A DNA stretch of 64,000 bases, taken from Anthoceros angustus (taxonomy: Eukaryota > Plantae > Anthocerotophyta). Position numbers and translations under genes: made by a program. The stretch is taken from assembly GCA_010909165.1 (NCBI GenBank), contig VJWM01000011.1:992001-1056000 (forward strand), written 5' to 3'. Positions 1 through 14,282 of the stretch are shown here, one piece after another (the first letter of the stretch is position 1; every line of letters starts with the position of its first letter). Below the pieces are notes generated by a model. That model ran no database searches. It was given only the letters and a program-made list of their open reading frames with translations, and was not told the DNA's origin.

Positions 1-2000
1 TTTCCACGTGATTTACCGCATGACGTGGTGCGCGAATACATTCCCGGTTGGTGTGTCCCGTTTGATGACAAATTGAGCAATACACCAACTGTCTCGCCGG
101 TGAGGGTGACCTCCGTCTTGATTCGACCTTGACCCAATTCGGTCAATCTTTTGTTAAAGCCTCCACCGGCAAAGAATTCCGCCTCCACAAGGGCCTCCTT
201 TTCTCTATCCGGCGACCTTCCTTCTCCTTTTCTCTCGTATGCTGCCCGTCTCTTCTTGACCTTCTCGTGTCCTTTTCTTCATGAGTTGTAGACATCAAAC
301 AAGCAAAAGGGTGTATGCATCTTAGTGACGAGCTCCATGTACCATGTGCCGCTTTCCATCCGCTCAAGGCTTGTGGTGTGCCTCTCAACCAACTACGAAC
401 TTTGGGGTCCATGGTTGGATCCTTACTTTGAACTAAAATGGCCATCCTGCGCTGGAAATCCTGAACGCAGGGGTGGCGGAGAGTGCACGAAGTCCTCGCC
501 CTCCTCCCCATCACAAGCTCAATCCCGATGGTATCATCCGGTCGGACGTGACACACGATATCATTTGTTTTAAAGTAAATTAAGAAATAAAAAAGTGCCT
601 TGAAATCTGACCTCTACTGTGGAAGGTTTCAATAGATGCTTTAAACCATGCTAGTTTGTGAGCGGTTACCTGTAACCAAGTGCTCCCCTACCTCACTCAG
701 CTCGGCTATCAGGGCACGCAGTTCGCGATTTTGTGTGCATTCACAGGGGTGCATATCTGTGACTGTCTTCATGCACCCAGGGCTGAAGCCGTTTTAAGGT
801 TTTTGGCCATTGTGAAAATTCTTTGGCAATCAAACGTCATTTGTTGACTCCGTTTTTTTTTGCACATACCTAGAGGACAATGCTGTGTGTCCATGGAAAT
901 GTTTATTCAAAGAAACGTGGACTATAGCATCCTAGGTGAGAATCCCGAGTGGCATACATCATTTTGAAGGGAATGACAGCAAACAATTAACATGCCCTCC
1001 AAAAAAACACCATGAATATTTGAGCAGAAAAATCGCAGAAAAGCATCTCCTCCCGCTAAATAGCAAAGCTATCTCCTAAGCTTGTTGTGCTTATAGAAGT
1101 ACACATGCTCGTGGAGCATGTGAATGTCGACTTGGTGCCTGAACACCGTTTTCAGCGCTATGTGCTGGTTTTCCATGTACCAATAGTCCCCTAGCATGAT
1201 TTCCGTGATTTACCGCATGAGGTGCGCGAATACATTCGGTTGGTGGTGTCCTGCTTGATGACAAATTGAGCAATACACCAACTGCTCGCCGGTGAGGGTG
1301 ACCGTGGGCTTGATTCTTCATGCCTTGACCTCCAATTCGGTCAATCTTTTGTTAAAGCCTCCACTGTCCAAAGAATTCCGCCTCAACAATGCCTCCTTTT
1401 CTCTATCCGACGGACCGTCTTCCCTTTCCTCTCCTTCTTCAGGGCGCGTTCCGCCTCTTCCTGTCTCTTCTTGACCTTCTCCAGGTCCTTTTCTTCATGA
1501 GTTGTAGACATCAAACAAGCAAAAGGGTGTATGCATCTTAGTGACGGAGCTCCGCTTACAGGGCCATGTGCTGTTTTCCATCTGTCTAAGGCTTGTGGTG
1601 TGCCTCTCAACCAACTACAGAACTTTGGGGTCCATGGTTGGATCCTTACTTTGAACTAAAATGGGCCATCTCCTTTGCCATGGCGTCTAGATTGGGCTCA
1701 AAAGTTGCTCTGGTAGGGGTCTGTGCATCATGGTGTTGTACCCCGAGATATTCCTGGCAGACCTCGGATCTTTTCATTCATTTTTTCACAATGAAGGTTG
1801 CATGCCTATGGAGCAAAAATGTCGGTTTTGTCGGTTTTCCTTCAAAGCATGGATTCTACGAAGTCGCGAACGAACTTTCGCGAGAATAACCATTGCGGCC
1901 TGTCTGTTCTAACCCCAGCTATGCCTCTTCCAAGACGTACCGTCGGATCACACCCACTGTTGTCTTTTAATATCCGTCACATATCATAACCCCATGATGG
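1..2000 (-). mobile_element. Degenerate LTR retrotransposon gag remnant (Ty3/gypsy-like), present as two diverged copies (about 1-460 and 1200-1670)
   Basis: The minus strand of 1-100 reads QLVYCSICHQTGHTNRECIRAP, a CX2CX4HX4C zinc knuckle, preceded by a charged helical region (EEKDLEKVKKRQEEAERALKKE). The two copies align with many small indels and stops. Confidence 0.6.
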
Positions 2001-3461
2001 GCCCACAAACCGTAATTCGCTACCATTTGTCCTACACGAAACTCCTCATTTTCCTGGGGAGCTGTAGTCAAACCACAACTTCACTGAGAAACTAGTGTTG
2101 TCCAATCTTTTTCACACATTGTTCATGAGGTTTTCAACTTTTTCTGCATTTTACTGCTCTTATGGTAATGATGTTTTTTAGTACTTTTTCAATAAGTTCA
2201 TTAGCTTTTTAATAAAACATCAAATGTCAATGACTTTTCATGTCATGACATTGCTATCTTACAAGAAAAGCCCAAAGTGGGTTAATCCCCGCACTTCCTA
2301 GTTTCCTTGGGTGAGACCCATGTCTACGAGATAATTTGCTAATTTAGTTAACTTTGTAGTAACCTCATTGTTTTGGGTTAAAATTCCTTTGACAGTTATG
2401 TTATTATAATTCCAGTTGCTTACTCTCTTCCATCACTATTGGGATTAGGTTTATGATTATAAATTTTAATTTTAAAATGTTTTTTATGTTTTGGTTTACC
2501 TTTCTTCTCACACAACTATGTTACTATTCTAGTTGCTTGGCTGCTATATAGTTATCAAACCTAATAAAGAAAACTTATGACGAGCTCAGTTCAGTCACCT
2601 TTGCTGCAGAGCTCGGAAACTAAAACTACTCGTACTCCTCACAAGAGTAGAGTTGGCTCTACACCACGCTATTGAGTCGTGGCCAGAAACAACATCTGCA
2701 CCTTCTCCCCAGCAAAAGAGCGCATGGCGCGGATTCAGTTTGGTATCATTTTGTTCAGATTCGTAGCTCGCATTCTAGCGGATCAAGGTGCGGCTGACCG
2801 GCAATCGTCCTGAATTTGGCCATAAGCAGGCCTGATCGCATGATGATCTTATTGGGTGGGCCGTTCGGCCACCTCCTTCGGTTCAAACCGAGCACAAGTT
2901 TACCACCTATTCTGATTCTAAAATAAAATAAAAGGGTTAGGTGGTAGGTGTTTGGGTTGGTACACCAGACATCCAATAATTGAAATCACATCCTTGCTAG
3001 AATTCGAATGCACATGAAGCGGGTGAGAGGCAAGGCCACCCACCACCATACTATACCAGCAACAACTTTATTTCTGTCCACTAAGGGTGGAAGGACCACC
3101 ATAGGAAAGAGAGAGCATAGTGTAATTGAGGTAAAAAAAATACATAGTACACATACGCACGTCTCAACTTGAGAGACAGCAATTGTTTGAGATAAGAAAA
3201 AAAAGAGGCAAAAGTTATAAGTAGTTCAACAAGGCCTATCAATGATCAAGAAGCTCAAGAAGACAAAGGCCAAAGAGCTTCGGGATATGAAAAAAGAAAA
3301 ATCTGCGCAAAGAAAAACCAGCAAACTAAAAAAAGAAGAATGTGTCGAGCCTGAATATTGTCAACATAGGCGGGATAATAAAATATGAAATGCATTTTCA
3401 CATTCAGGGTCCAAGAAGCAGAGCTTGCAATTACGTTCTTCCTGAGGAGGTGCGGGCTTAA

Positions 3462-3513
3462 GGGCCATGGGCCATGGGCCATGGGCCATGGGGTATGGGG
3501 CATGGGGCATGGG
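3462..3513 (+). repeat. (GGGCCAT)4 array grading into GGGG(T/C)AT units; contains three TGGGCC site-II motifs
   Basis: Read directly. Related shorter arrays occur at 14101-14125 (opposite strand) and 15675-15705. Confidence 0.85.
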
Positions 3514-4826
3514 AGGATCAAGCCGATATGGCCTCAGAGAGAACCTATGGCATGGGCTTGTTGGCGAGTCTATATGGACACCGGAACCGAAGACCACTCA
3601 TCTTTGACGAGTTCCTCGATGGCGGTCCCTTACTCGGTGGCTCAGTTTTCTGAGTTAAATAGGAGTTTTTTCATTAAAAATTTGAAAGATAATTTTTTAT
3701 GCTGTAGAATATGGATGAGTTAATTTAAAACATAAATTCTTTCTAATTGTGCAAGAAAGTTAAACAATAGGTTTAAAATGTCTTTGTTTCATCTCAGTTG
3801 AGACCAAACTGTAATATGAACAACTTGATTTGGTTCAACCGTAGTTCATCCACGCTTGCCACAATTGCAAACTACGCCTCATATTATATTTGTGCAAGAG
3901 TTCAATATCACAATTTAGTATGAGTTCGCTACGCATAGCAAAGCACCGACACAATCCGACGTGGCCTACACTTCGTTGACATAACACAATCTGACATGGC
4001 CTACGGTTTGTTGACATGATGGAGTACAGTTTAGTTCGTACCCAAGTAACTAGCCGGTGAACTGAAGTGTGAGGAAAACTCATTGATCGTATGAACTAAA
4101 ATAAAAATATATTATCTATTTACTAACTATTATTCTATTTTCTATCGTACATTATGCATATATCTTACTGTTTATAATTTTATTTTTAAATATTTTTATT
4201 AAATTAATATTACCATTAATTCACAGCCGCTGGTCTCAAGGTATTTAGAGTTATTTTGCATAATTTACAGTTCACAGACCGTTCAGTTCATCGAGAAGTG
4301 AACGGGCTATGTGGCTAGATGGTGTCTCCTGTTGAGTGCGGAGCTGTCCTTAGTTTGTTCAGCACTTCTATCCCTTGCCTACTGGGCAGGTTCATCGCTA
4401 CGCGACCGAACCGATGGCTCATCGTTTGCGAGGAGACCTCCGTGCTGATCGTTTTCCAAGGGTTTGTGAAGTATGATGGCACCGATCTTTTCAGACAAGT
4501 TTGTGAGTTCCGTACCCACTCTTTCTCTCAAGTGAATCCGCTTCGACTTCATGGAGTTGGATAGGTAGCAGATATCGGTCTCGAGGATGCTTACTGAAAC
4601 TTTTGCTAAAAGCTTTGTCATGGATGAGTGTCCGTGAGCCGGAGTCTGGCACGCTGCTGCTGAGTGAGGCACGGAGCTCTCCTTGCTCCAGTACAAACAA
4701 GGTATACAAGAATGATACAACAAAAAAGTTCACAGGGCAGCCGCGAGGGTAACAAATAGGCCAGGGTTGGCCAATCAAGCGAGCAAATTGGCGAACTGGA
4801 AGCTTCAATGATAATTTACAAGCCCC

Positions 4827-7543
4827 TTAACCACCTGCTATAGCCAGGAGACTCCCACGGATAATCGGGATGGTACAGATTACCGAGCAGAAAATTCCTG
4901 TGAGTGCGTAAGCTATAGCACAAAATGGCAAGGCTTCAGGCTCCTTGGCGGACAGGGCTGCGGTTCCCAGACCATGACCGCTGACAACACGGAAGAACGT
5001 CATCAGTCATGATAGCAGGCAGAAACTGTCGTGGCAACGTGGATGATTGCAACACCTTACCTGGAAGCTGTTGCCATTCCTCTGGAGATGGGATCATTGA
5101 GTCCCAACTTATCCATCAGCGCTTGTGAGAAGTTTGCACCAATCAGACCCGTCAACACTACACAAGCTGCCACCAATGACGTGTTTGTTGCTGCAGAGGA
5201 GCAAACTTGAGTGTTAGTTGCCCTGTTGGACTTGGGAGCTTAGCGATAGACGATCATGCCACGCTCAGCTACTTGGCCTCATTTTTACCTTCCAGGAGGT
5301 TTGCGATAGGGAGGGCCAAAGCCACAGTTACTGATCTCGGTATGAGGGCAGCTGTGAAGGATTTCTCCAGCCCCAGTAAACGGCCAGCCGCTGCTGTTGT
5401 GTACAAAGCATATAGTGAAGAGGCCGCCACCGTTGTGAATATCTCAGCTGCATGCCGTTGCACAAGCTGCACAATCCGTCCAGAGTCCACAATTGGGGTT
5501 CACACAGATCCCAATCGTAATCACAACTTTGCAATCAGCTGAAGTTAATTGGAGTCCTCACCTTTCTTTGCTTATACATTGAGAACGCGAAAGAGAGAAT
5601 AACTGAACCCAGAAATCCCATGAGAACATCCCCCGCTCCTGGCTGCCCAGGCGCCTTAGTTAAATATGCTCCTGCCATTAATGAAGTACAGATTATGCTA
5701 GAATAGAGCTACTTACGACTTGAACGCATCAAAGTTGCCGACATATTGAGTTTGCAAATGAACAGGCAGCAAACACATACCCAGAGCTGTCTCGAACCCC
5801 AAGCCAGTGGCAGCACCAAGTAAATAAGCAGCTAAATCTGCAGAGGCAGCGCATACAATGATCGGGTGAAACACCTTTCTGAAATCTGCAGGAAGACTGC
5901 ACACACACACACACACACACACGCCAACGTTTGCAACTTACTTAACCAAAATAGACCATTATTGCTCCCTCTACAAAACTTAGCCCAAATCCCTTCGCCC
6001 AAGCAAAGATAAATTCACACCTGGTTCCAAGCATGTAGCCGACAACTGTTGCTGAGATTAGGAAAGGAATTGCTGTGAGGGATAATGATCCCAGCGCTGT
6101 GGGCGACGAAACAGCAAATGCGAAGGACAAGAGGAGTGCAGAACCCCAAACTTTCAGTTCTAAGGGAGAAAAAGGGGCTGGTTTTGAGGTAGGCTCTGCA
6201 GGCTTCAGTTCAGTCTTAACTATGCGCCTCACAGTAACGGCGATATACCCAGCAACCGCTAGGGTTGTAACCCATCCGCCCACTGCGCACAAACGAAGGC
6301 AACTAAATTCAACCTCCGTAGCCACCACATGAACAGGCCAATAGGAAATCGTGAAAACAAATAGCACACACAGTGTAATGCATACCAAGAATAATAGCAC
6401 ATTTGGCGCCTTCAGATGCAGGTATGCCCTTAACCGCCAGAGGAATCATGACCAATGAAGGAACGTAGAACAAGGGGAGCCACCGTTGGATGAAAGTGTT
6501 TGCTGGCTGGAAGAAGGACACTATGCTTGACGCAGCTGAGGGTCTGACGAGGCCAATGAGGGTCAAGACTATGAAGAGGCAAAACATCCCAAAAAGCGCA
6601 CTGGGAAACCGAATGCTGGCTGCGGCAAACCCCTCTTTCAAGGCCTTATCCAGACCGATAAATATCCCCAATGAAACAAGGAGGTGGACAACATCCTGGG
6701 CCTGTGCAGAACCACAAATGAGGAGCGATTATAAAGCACATCCAGGGACAGGAGAGGGAAGCCAACGGTAGAAGGGCACAGCTGTAGCCACAGCCCAGCG
6801 GTAATCACGGTCACCTCAATCTCCCCTTGCTCCTCGACCAATCTATCCCATAGTGCCGTCTGCCCAGCCCCTACAGTACCGCCAGACATACATGATCCAG
6901 ATTGCAGATCTCGAAAAAAACACCATATCGATCGCCGGCACACAAGTCTTCACACTACGTCTACCCCATCCCCACCATCCATATCCCACAGAAGAAGAGG
7001 AAATGTGCATTCTCTCCACCACTGCACTGCAGATCCTATCCAGACTGCCATGTAGCCAGAACCCAACTCTGCGAACCTGCACTGTACCCAACCATACCTC
7101 TACCCAAAATGCCTTCACTCACACAGACACGCATTGAACCAAGAGGTGGACGAGACGAAGCACACCTTGCGAACGAGCCCGGGCACTTTGGCAGCATCTC
7201 TAACCGAGGCCTGGGCCTTCAGCCTGGCTCCCCTCCTCTCCCCAGCCATGTCCAGGGGGAGCAACAACCCACCAGCCGGCAGCACTCCTCCTCCTCCGAC
7301 CTTGAGCCATGAACTGCATCGAAGGCCACCACGCGCCACCTCAGTAATGCCACCAAGACCCTGACTCTGACTGCCGATCGTGATCCTCTTATGCGCCCGC
7401 TGTGAGCCGCTACCTCTAACCTCCACCACCCCTCCCTGCCCGCCAATGCCAGGCCCTCTCTGCCCACACCTGCTCCGGCATTTCTCCCGGCCCGCCACTG
7501 TTCCAGGCCGCGGCTGCCAGAGAGAGGCGCATGCCATAGCCAT
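4827..7543 (-). CDS. PLGG1: Plastidial glycolate/glycerate translocator (LrgB-like), multi-exon, with N-terminal transit-peptide-like exon
   Basis: Exons give MAMACASLW...GLVRK|AQDVVHLLVSLGIFIGLDK...SIRFPSALFGMFC...FIQRWLPLFYVPSLV, KVFHPII, GAGDVLMGFLGSVILSFAFSMYKQRK, VQRHAAEIF, GLIGANF and GHGLGTAALSAKEPEALPFCAIAYALTGIF...GG*. These match Arabidopsis PLGG1 motifs in order with GT-AG junctions. Confidence 0.95.
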
Positions 7544-8060
7544 TCTTTCCTCGAGCCGAGGCCTGCGGCCTCTCCCGGCCTGATCCTAGCACAGAGCTTC
7601 ACCACGGCGTCAAATCAAGCGTCTCAAAAATCGTCTCGGCCAGCTTCAAAATTTAGAGTCGTGAAATGCGGATCACCTAAAGGCCGGAAATTCGACCATG
7701 CTGCGGGAGAGCAGTCTGCGGGCCAATTCCCTCCTTCCTTGCTCCGCCAACCCGCGCCGATGCTGTCGCTGACGCCGATGCTCTCTGACAGACTTCGCTA
7801 ATTTTGTCACATTAATCCGCCAGCTTTGTCGTTCTTGGGAATAACAAATTAAGGGAAAATACTCGCCCTCGGATGCGGCCCATCCACGGCAGCATCGGCC
7901 GTAACGTGGCCACGCCTGGTTTGGGCCCTGCGCCATCCACAATCCACACTGCACGTTCGGTCACTCCGCTCCCTTCTCTAAGAGCTGCCAGCGTCCCACC
8001 TCTGCTGCGGTCTGCAGGCGTGCGTCGTGGACATCTGGCTGACTTTGCGGAGCTGTGACA
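7544..8060. promoter_or_regulatory. Short divergent intergenic region shared by PLGG1 and aldolase
   Basis: 517 bp between opposite-facing ATGs. GGCCCA at 7877, ACGTGGC at 7904 and TGGGCC at 7922. Function is inferred. Confidence 0.5.
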
Positions 8061-9969
8061 ATGTCGGCCTACGAGGGGAAGTACGCTGGTGAGCGCAGCG
8101 GGGAATTTGCGGTTTCTCGGGACCGATCTGGTGTTGTTTTCGTTTTTGTTATTGTTGAGGTTGTTGTGGCTGGTGTTGTTGTTGCTGTTGCTGTTGATTT
8201 GTTTTTTCTTGGCGGTGGCTTTGTGCATGGTTGAGATCCGGTTGCTTTGAGGTTTGGAGCTTGCTGGCTTGTTTCTTGGGGTGGAAATTTGGCGGGGACG
8301 TCGGCTGCTGGTGGCTGCAATTTCGCATGCAGAAGGAGCATGCAATTGCTTCCATTGGCTGGAGTTTGACAAATTCATTGTTTGATGAGACATTGCGGTT
8401 GCTTGTTACCCCCCGATTGTTCCTGCTGATCGCAGGCTTGCATGCCTGGTGCGTGTCTTGTTTGGATTATTGGATTGACGCTCACTCTGCGCTTTCGGCG
8501 GCTTGGCTTGGTGTGCTGCCTTAGGTTTATTTGTCAGGCGGCGGTGTTTCGTAGGGTAAACTCACGATGTGCTGAGTGTTTGTACGCGATTTCATGGAAA
8601 TGGCTTGTGCGGTGTTTGGTTAAATGTCTGCTGTGGAGAACAGGCTTTTCGCGGTCGACTGATATGTCTGCGTCTCGCCGCGCGGCGAGGACTTGGTTTT
8701 GCTGATACGCTAGAAGAGCTTTGGTCATCACGGTGCGACGGTGTTCGCACTGTGATGACCTTGGATTGTGCTTTGCTGACGGTGTTTACGTCATTTTTGG
8801 TGACGTGTAGATTATTTCGTTTTGTCCTTTCCTGTCCGCCTCCGCTGGTACTGTATTCGGCAGGGTAAGTTTGGTCATGTCATTACCGGAATGCTGACTG
8901 CTGGGCCTTTTCTTTTGCAGAGGAGCTCATCAAGACTGCCCGCTACATTGCCACCCCTGGCAAAGGTATTTTGGCTGCTGATGAGTCCACTGGGACTATT
9001 GGGAAGAGGCTTGCAAGTATCAATGTGGAGAATGTGGAGGCTAACAGGCAGACGCTCAGGCAGCTGCTGTTCACAGCACCTGATGCCCTTCAGTATTTGA
9101 GTGGAGTGATCCTATATGAGGAGACTCTGTACCAGAAGTCTACCGATGGTGTCCCTTTTGTTGACATTCTGAACAAGGGTGGGGTGATCCCGGGCATCAA
9201 GGTGGACAAGGGTGTGGTGGAGTTGGCTGGCACAAACGGGGAAACCACCACCCAGGGCCATGATGGACTCGCTGAGCGCGCGGCCAAATACTACCAGGCT
9301 GGTGCTAGGTTTGCAAAGTGGAGAGCTGTTCTGAAGATTGGACCGACCGAGCCGTCGGAGCTGAGCATTCAGCAGAATGCTCAGGGTCTTGCTCGGTACG
9401 CAATCATCTGCCAGGAGAATGGTCTGGTTCCCATTGTGGAGCCTGAGATCCTTGTTGATGGTCCCCATGACATCCAGAAGTGCCAGGAAGTGACTGAGCG
9501 GGTGCTGGCTGCTACTTACAAGGCTCTGAATGATCAGCATGTGCTGCTGGAGGGCTCTCTGCTGAAGCCAAACATGGTGCTGCCTGGATCAGAAGCGAAG
9601 AAGGTTGCCCCAGAGGTTGCAGCAAAGGCTACGGTCACAGCTTTGCAGAGGACCGTGCCGCCTGCTGTTCCTGGCATTGTGTTCCTCTCTGGTGGGCAGA
9701 GTGAGCAGGAGGCCACCCTCCACTTGAATGCCATGAACAAGCTCGACACTGTCAAGCCTTGGACGCTGTCCTTTTCCTTCGGACGCGCGCTGCAGCAGAG
9801 CACCTTGAAGACCTGGGCTGGAAAGCCGGAGAATATCCCAGCGGCACAGAAGGCATTCCTTGCCAGAGCCAAGGCCAATGCGGAAGCAACGTTGGGCAAG
9901 TACGCCGGAGGTGAGGAGGTGGTGGCGGGTTCAGCGGACTCTCTGCATGTGAAGTCGTACGTGTATTGA
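8061..9969 (+). CDS. FBA: Cytosolic class I fructose-bisphosphate aldolase, two exons (8061-8088, 8921-9969)
   Basis: MSAYEGKYA|[30 protein letters not shown]...[13 protein letters not shown]...LLKPNMV...FLSGGQSE...SFSFGRALQ...KSYVY*. No transit peptide; intron 8089-8920 is GT-AG. Confidence 0.97.
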
Positions 9970-10906
9970 ATAGACGGTCTAGACGTACTTCGCGGGCCCT
10001 GAAGTATGCCGGAGAGTTTCTGGACTCCTGAAGAAAATGTTGGAGAGTCTCCTAAATTATATACTGTTGGTGAATTCACCCAGATAGACCCTCTAATTGG
10101 CTCCGGAGTTTTGCAATTACATATGGTCCATCCAAACGAAGAATTTCACGCTTCACACCTTACTAGCTAGCATACAGTCAGGAGATTGTTCTGCCTGGGG
10201 AACGAGTACAACGATCATACTAGAAACTGGAATGCAGACCCAGTACAGGTCGGAGTAGTATCATGCATGTCAGACGTTTGGGCACAAGCTTGGGCAGTTG
10301 ATGCACATGGATGATGGCGCTACATGCACACTTCTTCCCCCTTCCGTCGTGTCGCAACTTGTTGCACTTCAGACAATTCCAGTTACTGTGTACTGAAGCC
10401 ACAATACTCATGAGTATGTCAAGGCTTTTTATCAACTAACCGACAAAACGGTCACACAAAATCTCACATTCCGCGGCTCTGTCTTATTCGTGCCATTATT
10501 CTATAATTTGCTACTACCAACTGTTCGCGCACTCTGAAAAGGAAGTTGTTTACACATGGTCACTTACAAAATAAAGCAACTTTGGTGATACAATTTCTCT
10601 GTTATCAACAAGCTGGGCGCTTAGGGAGCCCGTTGGGATGAGCATTTGCTCATATCAATGTAGCTATTTCCATTCCTGAGACCTTCCATCAGGTTCTGCC
10701 AAAGATTTCGCAACTTGTCTACGTGCACCTCAACTTTGAAACTTGTCGTCTCCTTTACCAGTTTGAAACACGTTCGCGAACTGTAATGATTGCAGACAGT
10801 AGTGGTGCTTGGTGTGTGGCACTACCGCGTGCATGCATTTGTCCACATCCATTCTTCGGGGGGGACAGAAAGAATTAGCATACAAAAGAGACAGGGTACA
10901 TCTTTC

Positions 10907-12878
10907 CTAATGACCTTGAAGTGTGCTGTCTTCCATGTAGCCCAGCTTTCCAACCTCCCACGTCTGCTTCGAGCAGACTCGCTCGTGCCGGGGGACATAT
11001 TCCTGTGTACGGGCGTGTGTCAGTGTGGAACCTTCGGTGGAAATGACGGACCTAAGGTCGAAGAGAAGGCAGCAATAACCGCCTAATCGCTAGTTTGGCA
11101 ACTCGAGCACATGCGCGTACCTCCATTTTCTCTATAAGTTCTTTGGGTGTCGGGGCAGAAACAACGATTTGTCTGCCGGTGGACTTGAGGAATCCCTCCT
11201 CCACTGCTTTGTCGAACAGCGATAGCAAGGCGTCGTAGTAGCCATCCACGTTCAGAAGACCCACCTGCAAACGCAGGTCCGTTCTAGGTAAGGAAACGTT
11301 CCGGGACAGATCACCGACCGTCTCGCAAACTGTGGTAGACAAGGAGTGTGACACAGGATCGTTGTCGGATTCGCACCGGTTTGTCATGGATTCCGAGCTG
11401 AGACCACGTGATCATCTCTAACAATTCCTCAAATGTTCCATAACCACCTGCCAACGAGACACAGATATCTGTAAGCCCAACCAACGACAGGATGTTCGGC
11501 CACCCTGCTGCGAGGGCGACACACTCGATGACTCGCTGGGAATCACTCACCTGGCATTGCAATGAAGGCATCTGCCTGCTTTGCCATCTCGGCCTTCCTG
11601 GAATGCATGTCTGTGACAGCTCTCAGTTCACCGACCGTGTGTCCAGATATCTAAAGAGTACAATGCACGCGGTATGTTAGGTCGCTGATAATATCCACTG
11701 GGAACAGTCTGGAAGCGTGCGAACATGAGAGAAAAATTGCAATACCTCCTTGCGCATCAGAGGCGTTGGAATAACCCTGCTCACAGTACAGGCAGAACAG
11801 CACAGGACAGTGAGGACCAATCGTAAGCGGATGCGCTGTAACAGTGCAGAATCTCTCAAGGACGGAACTGTGGTCTGGTGTCCATCATGCTGGTTCGAAC
11901 GTACCCTATCACATGTCGACCACCGTCGTGGACAGTCTGCGAAATGAGTCCCATTAGACCCACATTTCCGCCTCCGTAAACAAGGTCGATGCCTCTAGAA
12001 ACCTGCACATATGGCAACCAGCCACTCAGGTCGGCAGGTACCCTCTCCCACGTTCTCACAGCTTACAATGTACGAGAAACCCATCGAGCCCAGGCACAAG
12101 ACACATCCCGTGCATGCACATGGCGCCCTGCATCCGTGCACTGCAGGCCTCGCCCGACCTACCGCTCAGTGAAACCCGAGTCAAGTCAAGGTTGTCCTAT
12201 ACGGCAATAGAGAGAAGCGAAATCCGCCACTCGAAAAGACAAGCTGGCTGGAAAAGGCGTATTACGAAGGTAATGACGGGGGTAATGGTCCTGGGGAAAT
12301 ACGGATGAAAGCTAAAGGTAACGGAACAAACACAGGCTGTGACAGGGCCAGGCAACTCTCGATCAGGATAGTGCTATCTCGCACCTCGCTGACGTATAAT
12401 CCAATCAGCGAGCAGGGAGCCCCGAGTACACAACCAGGCACAAGCGTCACAACCATACCCCGCATCGGCAAGCCCCTCCACCCCGAATATCACGACGCCA
12501 CGACGATACACGCCATGTGGCTGGAAATTGCCAGCACCGCAATGCAGCCAGAAATTCACAAACCCTAGCAACGAGCCGGACAATCCCCTCCGCACTAAAC
12601 CCGAATGTCACAGGTATCCAGCACACCAAGTCCACTCCACCATTACGTCAGCCTGGACAAGAACAACGCCACCTCGCAGACCTTTCCACAACGCAAGAAG
12701 AGAACCAGGTTCCGGCTGGACTTGGACTGAAGGAGGCCAGAAACAAGAGAGAAGAAGCACGCACCAATTCCTTCCCGAGCTGTGATGCAGCGTCGCTGTA
12801 TTGGCTCTTGCCGCTACACGCTCCACAGAACACACACACCCGCTTGAATTTGGAGCTCCTCACCTCCGACTTCGTCAT
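10907..12878 (-). CDS. LOG: Cytokinin riboside 5'-monophosphate phosphoribohydrolase (LONELY GUY family), 7 coding exons
   Basis: [84 protein letters not shown] (PGGxGTxxE motif), [14 protein letters not shown], and last exon EYVPRHE...QGH*. Confidence 0.95.
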
Positions 12879-14282
12879 CTCGCCAAAATTGGCCGGAAGT
12901 GCGTCGGCCCGCACAAACAACGCCCTTCCCTCACCGAACTCTACCCAATCTATGAATCCGAACACGAATCCGACCGGACTGGAGTCTCCTCCGATTCCCC
13001 CCCTCACCGCCTACCGAATCAAATCAGCACAGTCCTCAGTCTCTCTGCACCGTCTGCGAGTCCAGCACAAGGCGAGAGAATCCTTGCACCTGACCGAACC
13101 TTCCCTCCCCCTATCTATTCCGCGGCGATCCCGAGCTGAAAAGCCAGGAATTTCTTTTGCTTTCCGTTCAGGATTCCTTTCAGACCGACGTTCTTTTTTC
13201 CCCTCTCCCCTTCTCAGCCCCTCCCCTCCCTCCCCTCAGCCTGAGAATGTTCGTTCAGAGGGCCCTCCCCTCCCCGCAGCCCCGGCGTGACCAATCCGGC
13301 GACGCCACTCCGCTCCCGTGCGCGGCGATGGCAGCAACGGATGAAAACGTCTCAAAGGAGCGCGAGACGCGAATTGCGGACTGTTGAGGGAGCCGAGCGA
13401 GACAGCAACTGCGAAGTGCAAGCTGGAGGAGCAGGAGCCAGCCAGGCAAGCAAGAGAGAAGGATCGCGAATGACTGAGACAAGAGGCGTCCGTTTATAAA
13501 GGCCGAGGTTCCTGTGCCGCCGCCGCCGCTGTGGCCAAGCTTTTTTAGCTACGCTTGTGGCGCCGGCGGGCGCGCTAAGTTGTGACGGTAATCGCGTCAT
13601 CAGCTTCACGATCCAGATCCAAGCTGCAAGCACAACACGGCTTGGAGTCGTGGAGGCAGGCCTTGATTCGCGTTTCAAATTTCAATCTTCGATCGCTTCA
13701 ATCGGGGCCGGGGGAGCTTGCCAGCTGCCAGCTGGGAGCAGGGAGCGGCTGCCTGCGCCATGTCGCCACCGTCCGATGGCGCGGCCATCGACGTGGCCCA
13801 ACATCGGGCGCCCGAGGGGAACCACGTCGGCGCACTTGGGGGGCAGTATCGCCGCTTACGCCCGGCGCAACCGGCGCAACCGGCGCAAGCCCAAGCCCGT
13901 ACCCGTACCCGGATCCACTTCCGTAGATCCGCCGCGTTAAAGGGGGCAAGAGGGGGACGGACGGACGCACATCGTATGGGCGGCCCACACCACATCCATG
14001 TGAGCCGTCGCATCATGCCTCATCCACTCACATGGGGCTTGCCCGCTGAGCCCGACATTGACCGCGGTCGCCATCATCACATGCGCATTCATGGCCCTCC
14101 ATGGCCCATGGCCCATGGCCCTTGGCCTCGGCTTTCCGCCGCGTTCCCGTTTCCGCCGCCTGTCCCCGGCGAAACGCTATGCTTGTTTTCGACAATCGAA
14201 GCAACGGGAATTTATCACTCCATGTGGACAGCATGACCCGTACAGGCCTTGGCCGCACAGTGACATCGCCAACCGCCCACCA

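Noticed and set aside
2015-2760. Possible primer-binding sites (TGGTAGCG at about 2017-2024 on minus; TGGTATCA at about 2742 on plus) and an LTR
   Set aside because: Matches are too short and no paired LTR is visible in the window.
9090-10079. Long antisense ORFs over aldolase, and likewise over CPSF100 (45201-47143) and the hydrolase
   Set aside because: Expected shadows of GC-rich coding sequence with no motifs of their own.
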